Source: Bigelowiella natans CCMP2755 (Eukaryota; Protista; Cercozoa). From it: a stretch of DNA of 64,000 nucleotides. The translations under genes and the position numbers were made by a program. The stretch covers positions 55,973-119,972 of the forward strand of contig ADNK01003472.1 of assembly GCA_000320545.1 (NCBI GenBank). Direction: 5' to 3'. Positions 24,834-37,066 of this stretch are shown here, piece by piece (within the stretch, counting starts at the first letter, position 1; each line of letters starts with the position of its first letter). The notes beneath the pieces are model-generated. The model saw only the letters and a program-made list of their open reading frames with translations, searched no databases and was not told where the DNA came from.

Positions 24834-24950
24834 ATAGCATTCAAGTGAGCACAATGATGGATGAGGTGGTTGACACTTTGAACAACACCGGCATCGCAAA
24901 GAGGGCAGATCGAGGATGAGGGGGGGCAACTTGTGGATCAAGGAGCAAAT

Positions 24951-25135
24951 CATTCGATTGTGTTGTGATTCATGATCTAGTGATTTGCGATGTGGTGCAT
25001 GTCTCAGGGATGAAATCCCATTCGATTGTGTTGTGTTAATTGGCGCCTGTCTCAGCTAGAAAATCCCATTCGATTGTGTTGTCATTTGGGATGTTGTGCA
25101 TGCCTCAAGGAGAAGGAGCAATCCCCATTCGATTA
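24951..25135. repeat. Four copies of a cattcgatt(g/a) motif in units of about 50-70 bp upstream of SBP2
   Basis: cattcgattgtgttgt at 24951, 25019 and 25067; cattcgatta at 25126. Confidence 0.8.
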
Positions 25136-25163
25136 CCCCCTCTCGTGACCAGAGCATAGGAGC

Positions 25164-27647
25164 ATGGCGGCAAATCCGCCAGCATGGAGAAACCCTTGGG
25201 AGAAAGTGGGTCATGGACGAGCAAAGACAAACAAAACAGTTCCATCATCGCACAAAGGCAAGCAGCAACTTCAGCAAAAAATGTGGGCTTCACACGGTAA
25301 AGAGGAAAGTAGCTGCGAGTTTCATGAGCAACAAAAGAAGCAGCGGTGGCGCACGCACAGCTCCATGTGGAGGCTATCATCTTTTGAGAAACAGGAAGAG
25401 GGCAAAAAGAAGTCAGGAGAGTGGAGGAAAACAGTAATCAAGACTGAACGGAATGAGCAAGGGTTGCGTATTTCAGAGCATAAAGAAAGAAGCTCTAAAA
25501 ATTATGCTCGTGGAAGTGCCACTATTGAAAATAATGGTAAAAAGCATTTGGTAGTGAAAAATAATGATTCTAAACTTACTGTCTGGGGTACTCCTCGAGT
25601 AGCTTCGATACCAATTGCAACTGTGAATAAAAGTAATACTAGTAGTAGTAGTAGTAGTAACAGTAGTAAGAAGAACAAAAATAGGAAGAATAAAAGTAGT
25701 AACTCGTCAATATTGTCGCCGTCGATGCCCATGAAAAATAGTTATAGTGGCATTACTACTACTACTATTGGTGGTAGAAGGGAGAAGCATGACAGTAGGA
25801 GGAACAAATGCGAAGAAAATAGGGGGGTGGGAGCAATTAGAAAAGGGAGAGAGCAGCGGTTAATCTCCCAATTTAATAATAATTCAAAACCTAGCGGTGG
25901 CGAGACCACGAAGCTGATGTTGTCATCGTCTTCATCTTCAAAGAATAAGAAGACTGAAAGACCGACTCCTCAATATAAGCAGCGCCCAAAGCCCACAGAG
26001 AAGTTTAATCTCCTCGACTTCGCATCATCGAAGCAGGGAGGGAGGGGATTGTCATCGTCAAGATTGGGAAGGAAGAAGAAGAAGGCAACGACGATAATGA
26101 CGGCGACGAAGATTGCACAAGCATCACCACAATCGTATCGGCACGAAAGCAGAAAATCGAAGCAGCAGAATGTGATGATGAAGAAGAGGACGACACAAGA
26201 TGATGATGATACATTGAGAATGAAAGGTAGTGGTGCATGGGGTAAATCGCATTTTCGACTGCTCCAAAAGGGAGGAGATACGGTACCCATTGTGTACATG
26301 GGAGGCGGTTCCCTACCAGCAAGAGTATCATCAATAACAACAGCAACTGCAACATCGTCGGCTGTAGTAGTAGCAGCAGCAGACCAACAAGCTGTTGGTA
26401 ATAAAAAATCAAGAGTACCCCTGAATATGATGATAATGGGAATCAAGGAAGAAGAAGATAAAGAAGAAAACAAAGGAAGAGGAAAACAGCGCCAATTACA
26501 GCAGCAGCAGCAAAAGTCCACCATCGTTGAAAAGAGACGTAAGCCTACGAAGATGAAGAAGATCATCGTGAAGGAGCGAGATGCAGCTTTTGTTCGTGGT
26601 ATTATACTTGGGATGGTACACGAAGCCTGCTGCGACGATAAAAATCGAAAGAAGAAGAAGAGGAAGAAAAAGAGGAAGAGCCGTGCTAAGCGCTCTATTC
26701 TCGAGAATTTCCTTGTTGATCATTATCCGTTACGAGACCAGGGCATAGTGCGGCCGTATTGCCAGCAAATACTATGCCCATGCCTTAATGAAGCTGTGGT
26801 AGAATTGCTCACGGAATTGCATAAATTTCAACAAAGAATGCATCTTAAAGCACCTACGCTAGCAAAACGAAAGAAGCGATATGTATGCGGCATGCGAGAG
26901 GTGATGAAATGTGGTAAAAGGAAAAAGCTTAAGCATGTCATTATGGCCCCATATATCGAACCAGTGAAGGGGGAGGGAGGATTAGATTCATTAACGAAGA
27001 GCATTCTAGACCTCTGTAAGGAGGAAAAGATCCAGGTGACATTTGCTCTCAACAGAAAGAATTTAGGAAAGACGCTCAAGAAGAAATCTAAGATTTCCAT
27101 GGTTGGTATCTTGGATCCTAGTGGGGCAAACGACCAGTATTTCAAAATGAGTCAACTAGCGCGTAAGAAAAAAGAGCAGTGGCAGATGTTCCACAATGAC
27201 CAATTTTATCAAGATCCGGACTTTTTGCGTGTATATACAGGACGGGGACCAACTGAAGAGAAAAAAAATGCTGAACAAGTGGAAGAAGAAGAAGGCGGAA
27301 AGGGGGGTAAGAATCGGCGGGATGGACGAGATGAGATTAAACACGATGATAATAATGACGAGTCAGCAGCAAATAATAGAAGAGGACGGAGAACAGATGC
27401 TGCATTATTAGCTAGTGGTAACATTCAACAATATCGAGCTACTAATGATGGCGATGATGATACCAGGTCAGCAGCATCAGGGTCTTCTTCTTCAAGGATG
27501 ATAAGGTTATTAACAACAACTGATAGGAAGAAGGGAAAAAATTTCATGTATAATCCACACGTGAAACCGTTTGTCCCAGCAATCCAGCGGGAGGAAGTCT
27601 CATCAACACCTACAGATGATGGTGATGAGGAAAGCAGAAATTGTTGA
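25164..27647 (+). CDS. SBP2: SECIS-binding protein 2 (SBP2), intronless, 827 aa
   Basis: SID-like KRRKPTKMKKIIVKERD, RPYCQQIL...LLTELHKFQQRMHLKAP..AKRKKR, and an L7Ae domain YVCGMREVMK..IMAPYIE..GGLD..FALNRKNLGKTL..SMVGILDPSGA. Confidence 0.9.
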   Translation: MAANPPAWRNPWEKVGHGRAKTNKTVPSSHKGKQQLQQKMWASHGKEESSCEFHEQQKKQRWRTHSSMWRLSSFEKQEEGKKKSGEWRKTVIKTERNEQGLRISEHKERSSKNYARGSATIENNGKKHLVVKNNDSKLTVWGTPRVASIPIATVNKSNTSSSSSSNSSKKNKNRKNKSSNSSILSPSMPMKNSYSGITTTTIGGRREKHDSRRNKCEENRGVGAIRKGREQRLISQFNNNSKPSGGETTKLMLSSSSSSKNKKTERPTPQYKQRPKPTEKFNLLDFASSKQGGRGLSSSRLGRKKKKATTIMTATKIAQASPQSYRHESRKSKQQNVMMKKRTTQDDDDTLRMKGSGAWGKSHFRLLQKGGDTVPIVYMGGGSLPARVSSITTATATSSAVVVAAADQQAVGNKKSRVPLNMMIMGIKEEEDKEENKGRGKQRQLQQQQQKSTIVEKRRKPTKMKKIIVKERDAAFVRGIILGMVHEACCDDKNRKKKKRKKKRKSRAKRSILENFLVDHYPLRDQGIVRPYCQQILCPCLNEAVVELLTELHKFQQRMHLKAPTLAKRKKRYVCGMREVMKCGKRKKLKHVIMAPYIEPVKGEGGLDSLTKSILDLCKEEKIQVTFALNRKNLGKTLKKKSKISMVGILDPSGANDQYFKMSQLARKKKEQWQMFHNDQFYQDPDFLRVYTGRGPTEEKKNAEQVEEEEGGKGGKNRRDGRDEIKHDDNNDESAANNRRGRRTDAALLASGNIQQYRATNDGDDDTRSAASGSSSSRMIRLLTTTDRKKGKNFMYNPHVKPFVPAIQREEVSSTPTDDGDEESRNC

Positions 27648-27896
27648 AAAGAAAAGGTTACAACCAAAAATTACACATGGACAAGAGGTCAGTATGCGCG
27701 CCTAGTGCCACTTCATTGCAATCACCTTTGGCATATAGAGCGCCCAGCATGCGGCCTGGATTCCACAACCACGGCAAACCCTGCAAATGTGCACTTGAAC
27801 GTGCTTGTGCGCGTCGCCAACCCATGCTGTGTGATTCAAAATGCCGTGCATGGTGCATGGACAAACTTCGAAAGAGGAAGCATATGAAAGTGTCAC

Positions 27897-28020
27897 ATGA
27901 TAGACATGCAATACACAATATATATAATATATATAGTGTATTGCTGTGTCTATTATAAGTATGGTAGACATGCAATACACAATATATATAATATATATAG
28001 TGTATTGCTGTGTCTATTAT
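27897..28020. repeat. Two tandem copies (64-bp period) of an AT-rich palindromic mini-element TAGACA...TGTCTATTAT
   Basis: tagacatgcaatacacaatatatataatatatatagtgtattgctgtgtctattat at 27901 and 27965. The arms are inverted repeats. Confidence 0.85.
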
Positions 28021-28813
28021 TCACTAAGTGTTGTGAAAATTTGAGCGTTTGCCGCAGTTGTGCATGTCCCCAAGTTGTGTCCTCGGCGCCTGAGTTTGGG
28101 AATGAGCCCAACATCTAGACGACATGCGATGCATGTGTGCATGCTTCACTCACAACGCGTTCGTTCAGCAAACGCTTGCACAGCGCACCGCGCCTCACAG
28201 TTCACAAGTGCGCATGTAGCTGCACTCACATATCTAGATATGCACTTGCATGATGCGTACTAACGTGGTGTGTTTTGCACACCACGCTTGCTAGCTTGTA
28301 GCTAGCAAGTGCTAGAGTGCATTGTCTGCTAAAATCAGAGCGTCGTCGATCGTTCACAGACCACACCGGGCGCATTGCCAATCGAACCCCTAGCGCAGGT
28401 AGCCAGTGCCACATCTTGTGAGCATCGTGTACATGTCTGTGTGTCGCATAACTAGATAGCTGCGCTACCACCACAAGACCACGAGCAAGCAATAAAATCG
28501 TTGCGTTAGCCAATAGACATGACTACTGTTGGCTGTGCGGCCTGCGCATTGCTAGATTGCATGTCAGGACGCAAGTGTGATAGATGCGCATTAGCTGTTG
28601 TATGCTGTATACGAACAGTGTCCTTCATGTGCCTGCATCGAATTGTTCTATGGCTTCCGGGAGACGGTATTCCGACATGCTGCATTTGACGCATAAGCGA
28701 ATAAATGTCAATCGTAGTAGTGATTAATACTCGTCATCTAGTTTTGAAAATGCGCTCTTACTTTCCCACTTGGATGAAGTATTACCCTTCTACCTGATTC
28801 TTTGTGGTGGAGC

Positions 28814-29926
28814 TTAGTTCTTTAGCCTCAAATCATCTGCTGATGCGTTGTTCCTTAGCATTAACTTCTTTACACCAGAGCAATGAGCCATCCCTAACAC
28901 TGCTACTACAACCTACACCATAAGTTGGCGAAATAATAATAATATTATGCATTCTAGTTCAGTTTTACTAAAAATGTTAATTAGTATAATGGTGTGTTGG
29001 TGGTCTGTTGCTTTCTCTTCTGTGTTTCGCTACTCCCCGTCCTTCCTCCTCCTTCTCCATTATTACTAACTTATATTAATAATAATACTTCTCCGCTTCT
29101 TGCAAGCCTGCACTGCCTTTGTATTGCCTTTGCGAGAGTACGATTTCGATCATCTAATTAATCATATTTTCCATTTCATATATACGTGATGACATTTATC
29201 ACTTGATTTTAGCACCATACATCGGTGTCATAATACCTCAGTGATAATTAAGTGCGTAAGTGCGTTGTCTTCATGATTGTGGTAATTGAAAGATAAAATA
29301 CAGATAATACTAGATAACAATGGAGTAAGAATGTGCAACAAGTCCATAAGCAGTATGTGACACTGTTATCCTTGCTAACATTATTATCATAATAATTATG
29401 AAAGATGATGCTACTACTGACGGACGCTGCTGCACGTATGTAGACCTAATAGCACTGTTATCATTGCATTGAGAGTCAAAATTGTGAAGAGTGAGGATGC
29501 TCCGAGCCATACTGACATTATCTGTTAGAGAAGGGGGGGGGGGTGGGGATTAATAACCAGTTGTTGATGATGGATGATAACGACTACGATACTGATTATC
29601 ATAATATTAAGAAGACTTGCTATCAACAACCAGGTTCGCCGATTTTTCCATGCCATTTATTTGAGCAAGATCTGATGTCGCACCTGAATAATCATGAGGT
29701 CGTTCAAGGAGAATGATAATAATGACGATAATTCAAACTGCTTTTTCACCGTACATGTATAAAAACTGTCACTGCTCTGTATTTTCCCTTTCACCAAGAG
29801 CAATCTTAAAATCCAAACTTAATTATAGAATGTTCATAAAAGGTCATGGGTTTTGCTACTGTCTGCCTAATTCTCCCGCGACAAAAAAGCACTTAATCAC
29901 TACAACAACAACAATAACAACAACTG

Positions 29927-29958
<32 letters not shown>

Positions 29959-30444
29959 GCTATTTATTTCTTTAACTTCTTCTTCATCTACTGCTACTAC
30001 TACCGTTCATCCAGAGGTGGAAGAAACTAAAACCGAAAAGTACCAAAACGATGGAACGATGTTTAACCTATAAAAATAATAATATAATAATTAGAGGCAG
30101 TAGTAGTAGTGTTGTTCATATCTTAGTACTAGTAGCAGCAGCAGTAGTAGTAGAGTATAACTTGAAATGCACATTTGTTTCATATGTTTTCCTGCTCCAC
30201 TAGAATAAGTAATATGATGTCTATGTGTCTGTTTCCTCTTCCTCCTCCTCCTCCTCCTCCTCCTCCTCCTCCTCCTCCTCACCGCTGCAATAAAATATCT
30301 CAAGATTGCAATAGGTCCCGACAAAAGTATCCTAGAGAGTAGTAAGTAAGTAAATAGTAAGAAGAAGAAGCAGAAAAGGGCTCAATTGAGATTCAGATGC
30401 AGCAGCAGCTGCTTTGAAAGGAGGAGACGCTCTCTTTCTTTCCC

Positions 30445-30479
<35 letters not shown>

Positions 30480-31434
30480 AAATATATAAAGCAACTACAC
30501 TTTTTTCTTTCTCCTATTTTTCTGGTGCTATCTTCCATCAAATGATTAACAAACAATATTCATTGTTGCAACGTGGATCATTTCAATTGTATCAATAAAG
30601 CTCTCCTAAAACTATTATTAGAAACTAATTACGCTGGGTCAAAAACGTCTCGAAATCCAATCCCACCCCCAATTACGGCAAACAAGGCTGAAACAATTAA
30701 AGAGCGATGATGAGGATATTGATGGCAATATAATAAGCAAGTGTTAGTATGATCAGTCTGATAATGATGGCTGCTGGGTTTTTATGCGGATAATACTACT
30801 ACTACTACCACTATTACTACAACTACTACAACTACTACTACATTTGAGTATCTTCTCAATGAGTTTTTTCCATTTAAACGGATTTAGGATTTGACGTAAT
30901 GTCTCTGCATACGAATGCCTACCAAATGTGATATTATTGTACACCCAAAGACCCCCTTGTCAAACAAAATGAAATTGAATGGGGAGGCGGATATAACATC
31001 AAGAGGATGATGGGACTTCATCATAATTTTTGGTCAATTCCGAGACCCTTTCATCACCTATCAATCTCATTTGCACCATCATCTTTCCTCAAAAAAGCAT
31101 TACTACTTGAGTTTTTTAATTGTTTCTGATATACGCGCATCCCCAAGAATCTTGGAACCAGAAATGTTACATGATGATGATCCAGGGATACGAGGAGAAA
31201 GGAGAGGAGAGATTGGGAGAGACAAGAAATTAATGATATGTAGAAGACAAGAAATTAATGATTTGTAGAAGGCTGAATGGATTATGGTAAGGGTATAAAA
31301 GTACTTTCCAAAATACTAGATGTAAGAGGATGACATAGTTTTGCATGCACGTGGGTATAAACAAAAAAATATCGATGATGAAGATGATCATGATGAGATC
31401 TAAAGTAGCGCTGCTGCTGCTGCTGCTGCTGAGC

Positions 31435-31465
<31 letters not shown>

Positions 31466-31787
31466 TTACCAACTCGGCTTCGAAGGCATTAGCCAGATAC
31501 TCTGCTACTGCATTTCCACTCTAATCAAGAGAGGGAGTATTTCAAAAGTAAGTAGTACTGTGAGCAGTAATATCAACCACTCCATGTATTATGAATAATA
31601 ATTCTGGAACAGTAATTTGACGATAGTTGTTTAACCAAACGGGCAGTTTTCTCCCTCCCCTTGTTCAAATAAATAATGGCGTGGAGGAAGAGGAGGAAGA
31701 GGAGATATGAGGAGGAGGATGCATGTTGAACATATTTTAATTTCTTCATCTTCAAATGATTATTCTGTTCTCTTTTGTCGTGCTTAG

Positions 31788-31821
<34 letters not shown>

Positions 31822-32198
31822 AAACCTGCAAGATAAAAGGGTTCCACGTCACGTTTGGCCTTGCCACGTGTGCACGAAAACGACCTGATACAGCGAGAAG
31901 AAGCGGAGAGATGATTACAGTACGATAACATAATTACGAGGAAATGACCTTCGGCTAATCCCATAGACCGTGCTTTGTTCCACGCGCGTCGATGCATACC
32001 GATCTTTCTCTACAATATAGTGGTGGTGATGATGGTGGTGATGGTGATGATGGTGATGATGATGATGGAATGCTGTTATAAATAAAAAGAAAAGAAACTA
32101 ATGAAGGAACCAGATTCAATCCTCTTACAGCTCCCCATCTATCCGAGCACATTTCCAAGACCACACTGACAGCAGTCAAAATATCTTCAAATTCGCAA

Positions 32199-32252
<54 letters not shown>

Positions 32253-32918
32253 TAGCTGTGCTTTTACAAGACCTACTCCTCGATTTAAAAATGTTGGTTG
32301 CGCTTTTACTCTACTCTTCAATTTAAAATTGTTGGTTCCCTTCTCATCGCCACTCTGCTGCTGCTGCTGCTGCTGACCTGTGCAATTTTCCAGAGCCCGC
32401 AATGCCATAAATTGTTGATATTAATCGATCAGCGGAGATTGGATTATAGTGCATACAGCCTACCAGTACAACCTAAAAGGCGATGATCATTGATATGAGA
32501 ATAACTGAATTTTAGACTACTTGGAAAGTAGCAATGAATAGGGGGGAGGGATGTATGTGCGCACATAGATTGTGTTGGTTACAAATTGATAGTCCAATAC
32601 CATACAGTCATACCGTGACATTGGATTGGGGTTCTTGGAATGATAGGAGCTGATTTGGCCTGTGCTTCCACTGTACCCCTATCGAAGGACCATCATATCA
32701 TTGTAAGTAGTAGTTAAATAATAATAGTAATGATATCATCACACCAACACGTTCATGAGCCTTTTCATTTTCTCACAGTATATCAAACTACCGGGGGGGA
32801 TGGAGAATCTATCTTCTCTTCGTAGGCAAGAAGAAGTAACTTGGGAGTCGAAGAGCACGAGAAGACATACGACTAGGCGCAGGAGCGAGGAGGAAACGAC
32901 AACATACTTTAGTTCCAT
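28814..32918 (-). CDS. TraB/PrgY (TRABD) family protein with N-terminal hydrophobic targeting segment, multi-exon
   Basis: C-terminal exons DDRNRTLAKAIQRQC and VVVAVLGMAHCSGVKKL match the TraB xRD..LA..L and VAVVGxxHxxG signatures. Also AVAEYLANAFEAE. The start MELKYVVVSSSLLRLVVCLLVLF is tentative. Confidence 0.7.
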
Positions 32919-33447
32919 GACAACCACAAGCTACAAAACGTAGCTTTGCAACCGACTCTTGGAGGGATTGTCGAGAGGTGAAATGATGATTGGGGTGCAA
33001 ACAAGTGGCAGCGCTAAAAAGCCATTGCACAAGCCATGCGTCGTCGTTCTGAAGGGTGGGTGAGAGGCAGATCCATCTCGGTAAGACACAAGCGAGAAGG
33101 AATCGCCGATGGACAGAACAAGAATTATCCATCCATTTTTGCCCAAATTGCAACCCTAATGTTGCAACAATATGTGTATATGTATATACATAAGACATAG
33201 AGACACAGCAAAAGAATCGGCGATGGATCCGATACGACGTCATACCCAGCTGAGAACAGGTGTACGACAGTGTACATGTATTAATTGTTGTAGTTGGTGA
33301 ATATGAATTATAAATTTAGCCTGGAAATCAAGGATGCGACTTGATTAACTACCAACTAATTATAGTCCAGCAATCATAGATCAACTAATCTTAGATCTAA
33401 ATCTTAAATTTTAAATCTTAAAATCTTATCCAGCGACAGACAGATAG

Positions 33448-34686
33448 ATGCCAGCGATGCCTATGCCTGCAATGCCTCCTTCTGACGAATCAATCATCTG
33501 GTGACGGGGATCATCAATCCCATGATTGCGTGCCACTCGGAAGTGCGAACAATATTAACAAAGGTGCGTGCATTCTCATTCGTCATTGGTCATTGTCCTA
33601 GTGTTGTTCGTGTGTATTTGTGTATATTATTGAGTGTTTGTGTTTACATTTGTAAAATAAATGATGATGTTTAGATCACGTGTGTTATCTAGTGAGTTTC
33701 TTTGCGTGACCATGCCTGACGCAAACGCAACAACGCACATTCGCAAAGTAATAAAAACGAAATTCAGAAGTCAAGAAGAACCTGAAGACGAGGAAAGAAA
33801 TAGAGGTTATTGTAAAGAAGAATTTAAAGTTGAAGAGGAGAGAGGAAAGCTTCTGCATATGATTTGAGTGCTCCCCCCAGCAAACGCCCCAAGGATGAGC
33901 ACATGCATAATGGGAGGCAGGTCATTAATGCGTGTGTCATCAAAATGGAAAAGAAATGTGTCGAGAAGACATTCTCCGCATCTCAAAGAAATGTGTCGAG
34001 AAGACATTCTCCGCATCTCTAGCATGCGGCGGGAAAAATTGAAAGAGAAAGTTATTGCTGAGAAGGAAATTGAAATGAGAGAGAATTTGACAAAGGGGGA
34101 GATACACGAGCTCCGGGTGAAGGCGATAGAAGAAAAGAAAGCCATGGTTGCTCGAAAACCGAAAGAGGGCATGTCCAAGCAAGAACTGGAACGGCCCACG
34201 AAGCAAGCAAAAGAAAGAGCTGATACGGACATCGAAAAAAAGATGCTATAATGCGTGAAGGCATGAACAATTCGATTTGAAATCGCTTGAGCCTCCCGCG
34301 CTGAAAAGAATAACAGAAGACATTGAGAAGGATGACGTTCGAAATTCGTCCTTGAAAGAGGCAGGTGACGCACGCAACTTATTGGCAACTCCACATTAAA
34401 AACACCACACATTGCTGCACCATCTTGTCACTTGGACATCACACATACCATATGAATCACCCACTGACAACATGTGTTAAGACGACGACGACAATGGAGA
34501 TCACGATATGATGATGATGATAATGATTACGGATGAATGGGGATAATGGATTGATGATCGTGGATGTGATGCTGATGGTAGATACGGATGAAATGTTGAT
34601 TACGCAGATGATGGAAATGTAGAGGAGGATTATTATGGTGCATATTGCTAATATTGGAGAATAGGATGATAGTGAAAGATGATGTA

Positions 34687-34720
<34 letters not shown>

Positions 34721-35420
34721 GCGATGGACATTGTGATGACACACACTGGATACCATTTGGAATATCACCCACGTCAAAAGACGCCTAATCCCCTTGATTG
34801 CATATCGATAGGAGGGATAACGCACAACTGCAAAACCCGTGAAATGGAGAAAATAGAGATGGAAGTGTTACGAAACATATCCTTCGAGGACCGCAAAAAA
34901 TGGAGAGAAGGAGTCCAGGAAAGAGAAAGGGCGAAAGAAGAGAGGGACGCCCTCGATGAACTACGATAGCGTGTTCTTCGAAGCAATATTAAGGGGGAAA
35001 TCGTGCGCCGCGTGGAACTTGAACAGGAAAGGCTCGTTGAGGCGGAGGCCATTGCATCTTTCACCAAAAACAAGAGGCAGCGTATGAGAGTGAAGAGGAA
35101 TCTATCCGCCACAAGGCGAGGGTCGAAGCGATACGTGAGAAGGAAGACGCGACCAAGTTTGCGAGGAGGTCGCTCAGATGGAAGTGTTGCCTAAGTCGGA
35201 GATCAGAGATTTGAGAAACATCATCAAACAAGAAATGAGGGGAAATAAGTTGAGAATGATAGGGCGCGACTTGCGGAACACGCTCAAGGCTTCGCTGACA
35301 AAAAGAGAGATTACGGCGATGCAAAGTCACATCCAGCGAGAGGTCAACGCAGCTGCGTTGAAACAGAAGGAAATTGTATACAAAAGTGTCCACGAAGCAT
35401 CTCATGGAATTGGAGCGTAG
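33448..35420 (+). pseudogene. Pseudogene of an Arg/Glu/Lys-rich coiled-coil protein
   Basis: A coding-like frame is interrupted by TGA at 33865, 34264, 34288, 34324, 34333 and 34366, TAA at 34249, TAG at about 34967, and a frameshifting 35-bp tandem duplication (33950-34019). Confidence 0.65.
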
Positions 35421-36193
35421 GAAGAAACAGTGCCACTTGTTTTTAGAATGCATTAATCAAGGTGCACAATCTAGCAATGCGCTCGACTGTGTCAGAAGGG
35501 TGGAGGAGTACAGCTGATTCTCTATTTCTGTGCGAGAACTTTTTTTTGTCATTTCTGCATTTTACTGACATTTACGAGCAACTTGCTCCACTGCACGCAT
35601 ACGATGCAAGCAAATGAATGTGGAACATCAACTCTCTCTCTGATGAGCGAGCAGCTAGCTAGCTAGCGCAGGCGCGCAGCGTAACATGCATGTGCTTTAG
35701 GTCCTACATGTGCCCTACACTGCTGCAATGTGCGTGTACTTTTTGTGCGTCTGTGTGTGGCGATCGAGCATCGCATACATGCATCAAGTGGATCAATGAA
35801 GTTTTGCAACAATCAAAGTATGTGGACTTATGAGTCCCTGTGCATGCACGCGCATGCAAACACAGGTACCCATCCTTCATGTGCACTAAAAAAGGCACAC
35901 ACGTGCTCATTTTACATCCACACATGCACCAAAAAAAACACGACACATATGTGCTAAGAATTGTCATGTGTTGCTGTAGTGTATGCAATTCGAAGGCAAT
36001 GGCACGCAGCATCCGCCCACCTCTAGATCTTAACAGTTCTTGCCATTAATTGCGGTCGTGGCTCGTGCGCTCTGCGTGCACGCACAGAATAAGATCAACC
36101 ACACTAGCAAACACCACGACTCCGCCACGACGCACGCACATGCACCATGCGCATTATGATACGTACGCATCACAATGCATTGGCGCCTGTTTT

Positions 36194-36250
36194 AATATAG
36201 ACATAGTAATATAATATATATAACATATATCATATTACGTTGTCTATTAT
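36194..36250. repeat. Third, diverged copy of the TAGACA...TGTCTATTAT palindromic mini-element
   Basis: aatatagacatagtaatataatatatataacatatatcatattacgttgtctattat. Confidence 0.65.
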
Positions 36251-36312
36251 TTTTGACATGCCCACATACTCTTTTGTATGAGATGATCATTGCTATAAAA
36301 CATAGCTGCCAC

Positions 36313-37027
36313 TCATCGTGATGTTGTAACCCATTGCTTAAGTTTCAGAGCTGTGTCGTCTGATCCGTCATCAATTGTTCCTTCGCGAGAGTTCCAAACA
36401 TTTGCTTGACATTGTGTCTTTCTGTTGTTTGCCGCCAAAGGCAAACCAATGCTGCGAATATGATGAAGGTCCGCTTGATCAACAAAGTGTGATAAACTAA
36501 TTGAAGGTTTTCTGTAGCTGCCACAGGAAAGTATAACCCTCGCTTGTATTTCCCCCTTCCTTGCACAAACAGGAACAGTAGTAGCAGCGTAGGCGTGAGC
36601 AGTGCCATCGAGACCATCCTCAATTTTTGGGCTTGAATCTTTGGGGTTGTCACGCTTTCTTTTTTTTGATTTCTTCTCCTTCTTCTTCTTCTTCTTCTTA
36701 TTTTTTTTTTTCCTTCTTTCCATTAATTCCTGAGGAAGTTAGATGTATGTAAGGCTAGGGCATAATTAGAAACATGTCATTCATCGTGTAGTACCAAAAG
36801 ATGTTCTTCATTCTCCCTCCTGCGCTTCGCAGCTAATTTCTTTGCTTTTCTTTCTCTTTGCTATGATATGAATATTGAATAATTCTTGATGGGATCAAAA
36901 TATCATGATATTACTTACGAGTTTTATCTTTGCTTGCTCCTTTGCAAAAGCAGCCTTTCTTCTTGCTTCTTCCCTCTGTGTTCACAAAAAGACTCTGGAT
37001 ATCGAACAGCACGCTAGCAACAGCAAT

Positions 37028-37066
<39 letters not shown>

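Noticed and set aside
22663-24953. Many overlapping 60-160 aa ORFs (also at 59524-62265)
   Set aside because: They are by-products of TAA/TAG loss, with no recognisable domains and His/Cys-biased composition in several frames.
24951-25135. CRISPR-like repeat-spacer pattern
   Set aside because: The repeats are short and degenerate, the spacers are related to each other, there are no cas genes and the context is eukaryotic.
33865-34368. In-frame TGAs as selenocysteine codons, given SBP2 nearby
   Set aside because: The contexts fit Arg (CGA), TAA/TAG stops and a frameshifting duplication are also present, and no redox motif or SECIS was seen.
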